Source of the DNA: Candidatus Saccharimonadota bacterium
Lineage (GTDB): Bacteria; Patescibacteriota; Saccharimonadia; Saccharimonadales; Saccharimonadaceae
Assembly (NCBI GenBank): GCA_017404935.1
Contig: JAFRBI010000006.1
Location: 32,379-96,378, forward strand
Length of the DNA: 64,000 nucleotides
Direction: 5' to 3'
Each line of letters begins with the position of its first letter. The stretch's first letter is position 1. Under the pieces are notes generated by a model. The model saw nothing but the letters and a program-made list of their open reading frames with translations, did not search any database and had not been told where the DNA came from. The position numbers and the translations under genes were made by a program. This document shows positions 60,409 through 64,000 of the stretch, in pieces.

Positions 60409-61875
60409 TTGAAGATCATTGGTCTAGACATAGGCACCAAACGTATTGGTGTAGCACGTGCTGATTCTACCACTAGAATCGCAGTTCCATCAGGTTTTAT
60501 TAATGTTGATGGCACCGAATGGACAGAAATCGAAAAACTAGCCAAATTATATAGCACTAATTGGTTCGTGCTGGGGCTGCCGCGTAGTAACGAAGGCAAT
60601 GAAACTCAACAATCACAATATGTGCGAAGTTTTGCCAAAGAGTTACTAAAAAGAATTCCTGATGCAAAAATTAGATTTCAAGATGAATCTTTAACTTCGG
60701 TAGAAGCCGAAGAAAGATTAAAAGCTCGCAAAAGCAATTATGAAAAAGGCGAAATTGATTCGGAAGCCGCCACCATCATTCTGCAAGATTTTCTAGAATC
60801 TTTTAGAGGGGGTTCTGGGACACCGTCTTCTTCAGAGGCACTGTCCTCGCGCCCGTCGTTACGGGGCTCGGACGCTCTTCTTGCTCCCGTTGTCGCAAGA
60901 CGCTCCTCAGAAGAGGTGTCTCAGAACCCATTGCAAGAAATTCAAGAGAATGTTAAAGTAGTAGCAAAGAAAGAAGGTGACAAAATTAAGATGAGTGCGA
61001 GGAAGACAAAGCATAAAATGAAGAAGTGGCCGATTTTTCTGGTGCTTCTTTTGATTGTCGCAGGGTGCGTGGGGGGATTTTTCCTGGTTCAAAAAATTCG
61101 CGAGCATAATGCCGAAGAACGTCGCAAAGAATACGCTAGAATTGAAGCCGAGATGAAAGCCGAAGTTTTTACCTTTACAATCAAGCCGGGTGAAACGATT
61201 TTTGATATTAAAAAACATCTAGTTGAGGTTGGGTACACAGCAGAAGAAGTAGATAAAGCTTTTGCAGCAGAATATAATTTTCCGTTTCTCTCTGGTCGCC
61301 CAGCAGGAGCAACCCTTGAAGGCTACCTTTATGGAGAAACTTACGAATTTTATAAAGGCGTGCCAGTAGAAGATATTATTACTAAATATCTCGAGAAAAT
61401 GGGGGAAGTAATTACTGAAAATAATTTAGAAGCAAGATATGCGGCGCACGGTTTGTCGCTTTATGAAGGAATTACGCTGGCTTCGGTGGTACAAAAAGAG
61501 TCCCCAGCTGGTGAACATTCAAGGGTGGCTCAAGTATTTTTGACAAGACTCGCATACGGAATACCGATGGGAAGCGACGTAACTGTAACTTACGCTCTTG
61601 ATGTAGAAGACCCAGATCGCACCATTTACAGAGATAACCAAGCAGCACTTAAAATTAATTCTTGCTATAATACTCGCCTTCACGCTGGGCTTCCTTGTGG
61701 ACCAATTTCAAACCCTTCGCTAGCCTCGCTTCTGGCTGTAGCTGATCCAGCCGACACTTCTTATCTGTATTTCTTGACAGGGGACGATGGTTTGATGTAT
61801 TATAGTTATACAGAAGCTGAGCATAACCAGAACGCTTACTTACATTGCCAGAACCTCTGTAACATTTCATTATGA
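60409..61875 (+). CDS. ruvX-mltG: fusion of RuvX/YqgF nuclease and endolytic transglycosylase MltG
   Basis: GLDIGTKRIGVA, VLGLP, DESLTS, IDSEAATIILQ; then TM, LEGYLYGETY, ASVVQKE, PCGPISNPS, YLYFL. Confidence 0.9.
   Translation: MKIIGLDIGTKRIGVARADSTTRIAVPSGFINVDGTEWTEIEKLAKLYSTNWFVLGLPRSNEGNETQQSQYVRSFAKELLKRIPDAKIRFQDESLTSVEAEERLKARKSNYEKGEIDSEAATIILQDFLESFRGGSGTPSSSEALSSRPSLRGSDALLAPVVARRSSEEVSQNPLQEIQENVKVVAKKEGDKIKMSARKTKHKMKKWPIFLVLLLIVAGCVGGFFLVQKIREHNAEERRKEYARIEAEMKAEVFTFTIKPGETIFDIKKHLVEVGYTAEEVDKAFAAEYNFPFLSGRPAGATLEGYLYGETYEFYKGVPVEDIITKYLEKMGEVITENNLEARYAAHGLSLYEGITLASVVQKESPAGEHSRVAQVFLTRLAYGIPMGSDVTVTYALDVEDPDRTIYRDNQAALKINSCYNTRLHAGLPCGPISNPSLASLLAVADPADTSYLYFLTGDDGLMYYSYTEAEHNQNAYLHCQNLCNISL
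60810..60929 (+). repeat. GC-rich hairpin element (core 60832-60908) with inverted arms in the RuvX-MltG linker
   Basis: cccgtcgttacggg core; 3' half shared with the queA copy; arms gggttctgggacaccgtcttct / agaagaggtgtctcagaaccc. Confidence 0.88.
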
Positions 61876-62960
61876 TAGATAAAAAACCTACAAAATGGGA
61901 ACGTTTTAAGCAGATTCTGCCATATATTTTGACGGCTGGTTTTACGATTGGGCTTGTGGCGGTAGGTTCGATGAATAAGGGCGCCTCTGGGACAACTCTA
62001 TCGCTAGACTCATTCGCAAAGAGTGATTATGATATTTCGGTGGATCAGCTAACAGAGATGTATGTAGTGGCAGATCTTTCTGACGCTTTGAATTTGGCTT
62101 CGGCATCTGACGTGGCCTCAAACTACGTGGTAACTACCTCTATGTATGACGCTGGTCAAACTGCCACTGGCAAACTAGAAAAACCTTCAATTACTAATAT
62201 TGAGGTATCTCGTGGCGTAATTGAACATGTAGTCCAAGGTGGCGAAAACGCCGAAACTATCGCAGCAAAATATGGTATTTCGGCCGACCAACTGCGTTGG
62301 TCTAATAATCTCAAGAATAATGAGATTCCAGTGGGGACCGTTTTACATCTTCCTAGCGTCCCAGGTATTGTTTATACAGTAAAAGCTGGTGATACTGTAG
62401 AATCTATCGCTGCCAAATATGGCTCTTCGGCAGTAGAAATTACTGCTTTAAATGACCTTGAGGAATCTGGCGTAGCTGAAGGTGCGATGATTATCATTAA
62501 AAATGGTTCGCTCCCAGAGAATGAGCGTCCAGAGTATGTAGCACCAAGGCGTTCTTCAACTACTTATAGCACCACTACTTATCGTTATTCTTACCTTGGT
62601 AGCGCTTCGGACCGTCAAAATATTCAGGTGATTTACCCACGCTTTACCGGTGCTGGTGGTGGCCAATGTGTAAACTGGGCTTCTTATATGCGCCCTGATC
62701 TTGGCGCACTTAGACTTGGCAACGCTCGCGACTGGGCTAGAGGAGCAGCGGCTCACGGCTACTCAGTGAACCGCACCCCATCAGCTGGTGCAATCTTCCA
62801 GACCTCTTCTGGTTGGTATGGTCACGTAGGTTATGTAGAAGCAGTAAATGCTGATGGTTCTATCACCGTTACAGAGATGAACTATGGTTATGTGCCTTAT
62901 CGTGTAATTCGCGCGACAATTCCTGCTGGGTCTGTGGGAAACTTTAACTATATTCACTAA
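61872..62960 (+). CDS. LysM-repeat, CHAP-domain peptidoglycan hydrolase
   Basis: TM; two LysM (HVVQGGE, YTVKAGDT); GQCVNWA, GHVGYVE, TEMNY. Confidence 0.92.
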   Translation: MIDKKPTKWERFKQILPYILTAGFTIGLVAVGSMNKGASGTTLSLDSFAKSDYDISVDQLTEMYVVADLSDALNLASASDVASNYVVTTSMYDAGQTATGKLEKPSITNIEVSRGVIEHVVQGGENAETIAAKYGISADQLRWSNNLKNNEIPVGTVLHLPSVPGIVYTVKAGDTVESIAAKYGSSAVEITALNDLEESGVAEGAMIIIKNGSLPENERPEYVAPRRSSTTYSTTTYRYSYLGSASDRQNIQVIYPRFTGAGGGQCVNWASYMRPDLGALRLGNARDWARGAAAHGYSVNRTPSAGAIFQTSSGWYGHVGYVEAVNADGSITVTEMNYGYVPYRVIRATIPAGSVGNFNYIH

Positions 62961-62978
62961 ATTTTGTCAAAAAAATGC

Positions 62979-63007
62979 TTGACAGCATACTGCTTATGCT
63001 TTATTAT
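62979..63007 (+). promoter_or_regulatory. consensus sigma70 promoter driving the sRNA candidate
   Basis: TTGACA-17 bp-TATTAT. Confidence 0.8.
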
Positions 63008-63015
63008 TAAATTAA

Positions 63016-63162
63016 GCTGGTACGCTTCACAAGGGGTTCCACTGATAATTAGTGGAGTGTGGAGACTTACATTAATAAAACAAACAGCGGATTAAAACAA
63101 ACCAATGTGCCCCACGGGTGGGCGCGCATCAGCGCGGGAAGGCGACCTTCGGGTCGCTTTTT
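63016..63162 (+). ncRNA. candidate ~150-nt structured small RNA (unassigned)
   Basis: Own promoter; 5'/3' pairing gctggt/atcagc; internal hairpins; ends in gcgacc-ttcg-ggtcgc-ttttt terminator; no credible ORF. Confidence 0.6.
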
Positions 63163-63192
63163 CATTCATAAGTTTTATGGTATAATATAACT

Positions 63193-64000
63193 ATGTTTGT
63201 AGATAAGGCGAAAGTGAGTTTGAAGGCAGGAAAAGGTGGCAATGGCGCCGTATCTTTTCGCCACGAGATTTATATCCCAAAAGGTGGCCCAGATGGTGGC
63301 GATGGTGGCAAAGGCGGCGACATTGTTTTTGTAGCCGATAAAGACACCGATACCTTGGTAGATTTTCGCTTTGCACCAATTTTGACCGCAGAAGATGGTA
63401 AAAATGGCTCGGGTCAACGTGTTGCTGGGCGCTCAGGCGATGATTTGATTGTAGAAGTGCCAATCGGCACCGTAGTTTATAAAGATGGTGAGAAAATAGC
63501 TGACCTCACGCGTGACAAGCAGACTGCAATCATCGCAAAAGGTGGTGATGGTGGGTTTGGCAATGCGCATTTTAAGAGCTCTACTCGCCAAGCACCTTTG
63601 GTAGCTGAGGTTGGCGAGCCGGGTGAAGAATTTGAGGCTGAGCTCGAGCTTAAATCTATCGCTGATGTAGGCTTGGTGGGTCTTCCGAATGCTGGCAAAT
63701 CTACTTTCCTATCTGTTATTTCTAATGCCAAACCAGAAATTGCCGATTACCCATTCACTACGATTACGCCACAACTTGGTGTAGCCACAATTGACAATCA
63801 CGATCTTTTGGTTGCTGATATTCCAGGTTTAATTGAGGGCGCCGCCGAAGGCAAGGGCCTCGGGCACGATTTTCTTCGTCACGTAGAAAGAACTGCCGTC
63901 CTTTTACATCTTGTAGATGTTTATAATGATGATGCTGGCGAAGCTTACCAAACAATCAGAAATGAGCTTTCAAAATACGAAGATCTCGCTTCTCGCCCAG
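63193..64000 (+). CDS. obgE: GTPase ObgE (truncated by window end)
   Basis: MFVDKAKV..KAGKGGNGAVSFR, GGPDGGDGGKGG, GLPNAGKST, DYPFTT, DIPGLIEGA, GLGHDFLRH. Confidence 0.97.
   Translation, partial: MFVDKAKVSLKAGKGGNGAVSFRHEIYIPKGGPDGGDGGKGGDIVFVADKDTDTLVDFRFAPILTAEDGKNGSGQRVAGRSGDDLIVEVPIGTVVYKDGEKIADLTRDKQTAIIAKGGDGGFGNAHFKSSTRQAPLVAEVGEPGEEFEAELELKSIADVGLVGLPNAGKSTFLSVISNAKPEIADYPFTTITPQLGVATIDNHDLLVADIPGLIEGAAEGKGLGHDFLRHVERTAVLLHLVDVYNDDAGEAYQTIRNELSKYEDLASRP

Noticed and set aside
59220-60599. 459-aa antisense ORF (and 58625-59179)
   Set aside because: Lies entirely opposite a well-formed sense gene with biased codons; no RBS or motif; shadow ORF.
63191-63463. 90-aa ORF from the track
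   Set aside because: Out-of-frame overlap with obgE, which starts at 63193 and runs off the window.

Overview
Intact chromosomal segment of a small-genome bacterium using genetic code 11. Gene content and compactness suggest Patescibacteria/Saccharibacteria (inference). It holds about 65 housekeeping and accessory genes: tRNA-Gln(CTG), glgP, cdsA, yqeG-pgsA, cysS, queH-queA-tgt, tmk/tdk/ung, typA-tatD, iscS-mnmA, alaS, secE-nusG-rplK(inverted)-rplA-rplJ-rplL, dnaX-dnaB-ybaB-recR, a two-component pair, a ruvX-mltG fusion and a partial obgE. No prophage, CRISPR array, transposase or reverse transcriptase was seen. The main unexplained signal is a family of nine GC-rich ~76-nt hairpin elements with a universal CCCRT-CGYY-AYGGG core and compensatory base changes. 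Each is flanked by ~20-30 bp inverted arms made of local, locus-specific sequence. Six sit in frame inside genes (tgt, queA, mnmA, alaS, rluB, ruvX-mltG), and a different nested hairpin sits in tatD. Other highlights: a conserved, covarying 5' leader RNA with a locus-specific antisense box upstream of two FISUMP-like surface-protein genes; a third paralog frameshifted at a G10 tract; a ~150-nt sRNA candidate with its own promoter and terminator; an apparent phosphatidylglycerol pathway; and pervasive leaderless-type promoters.
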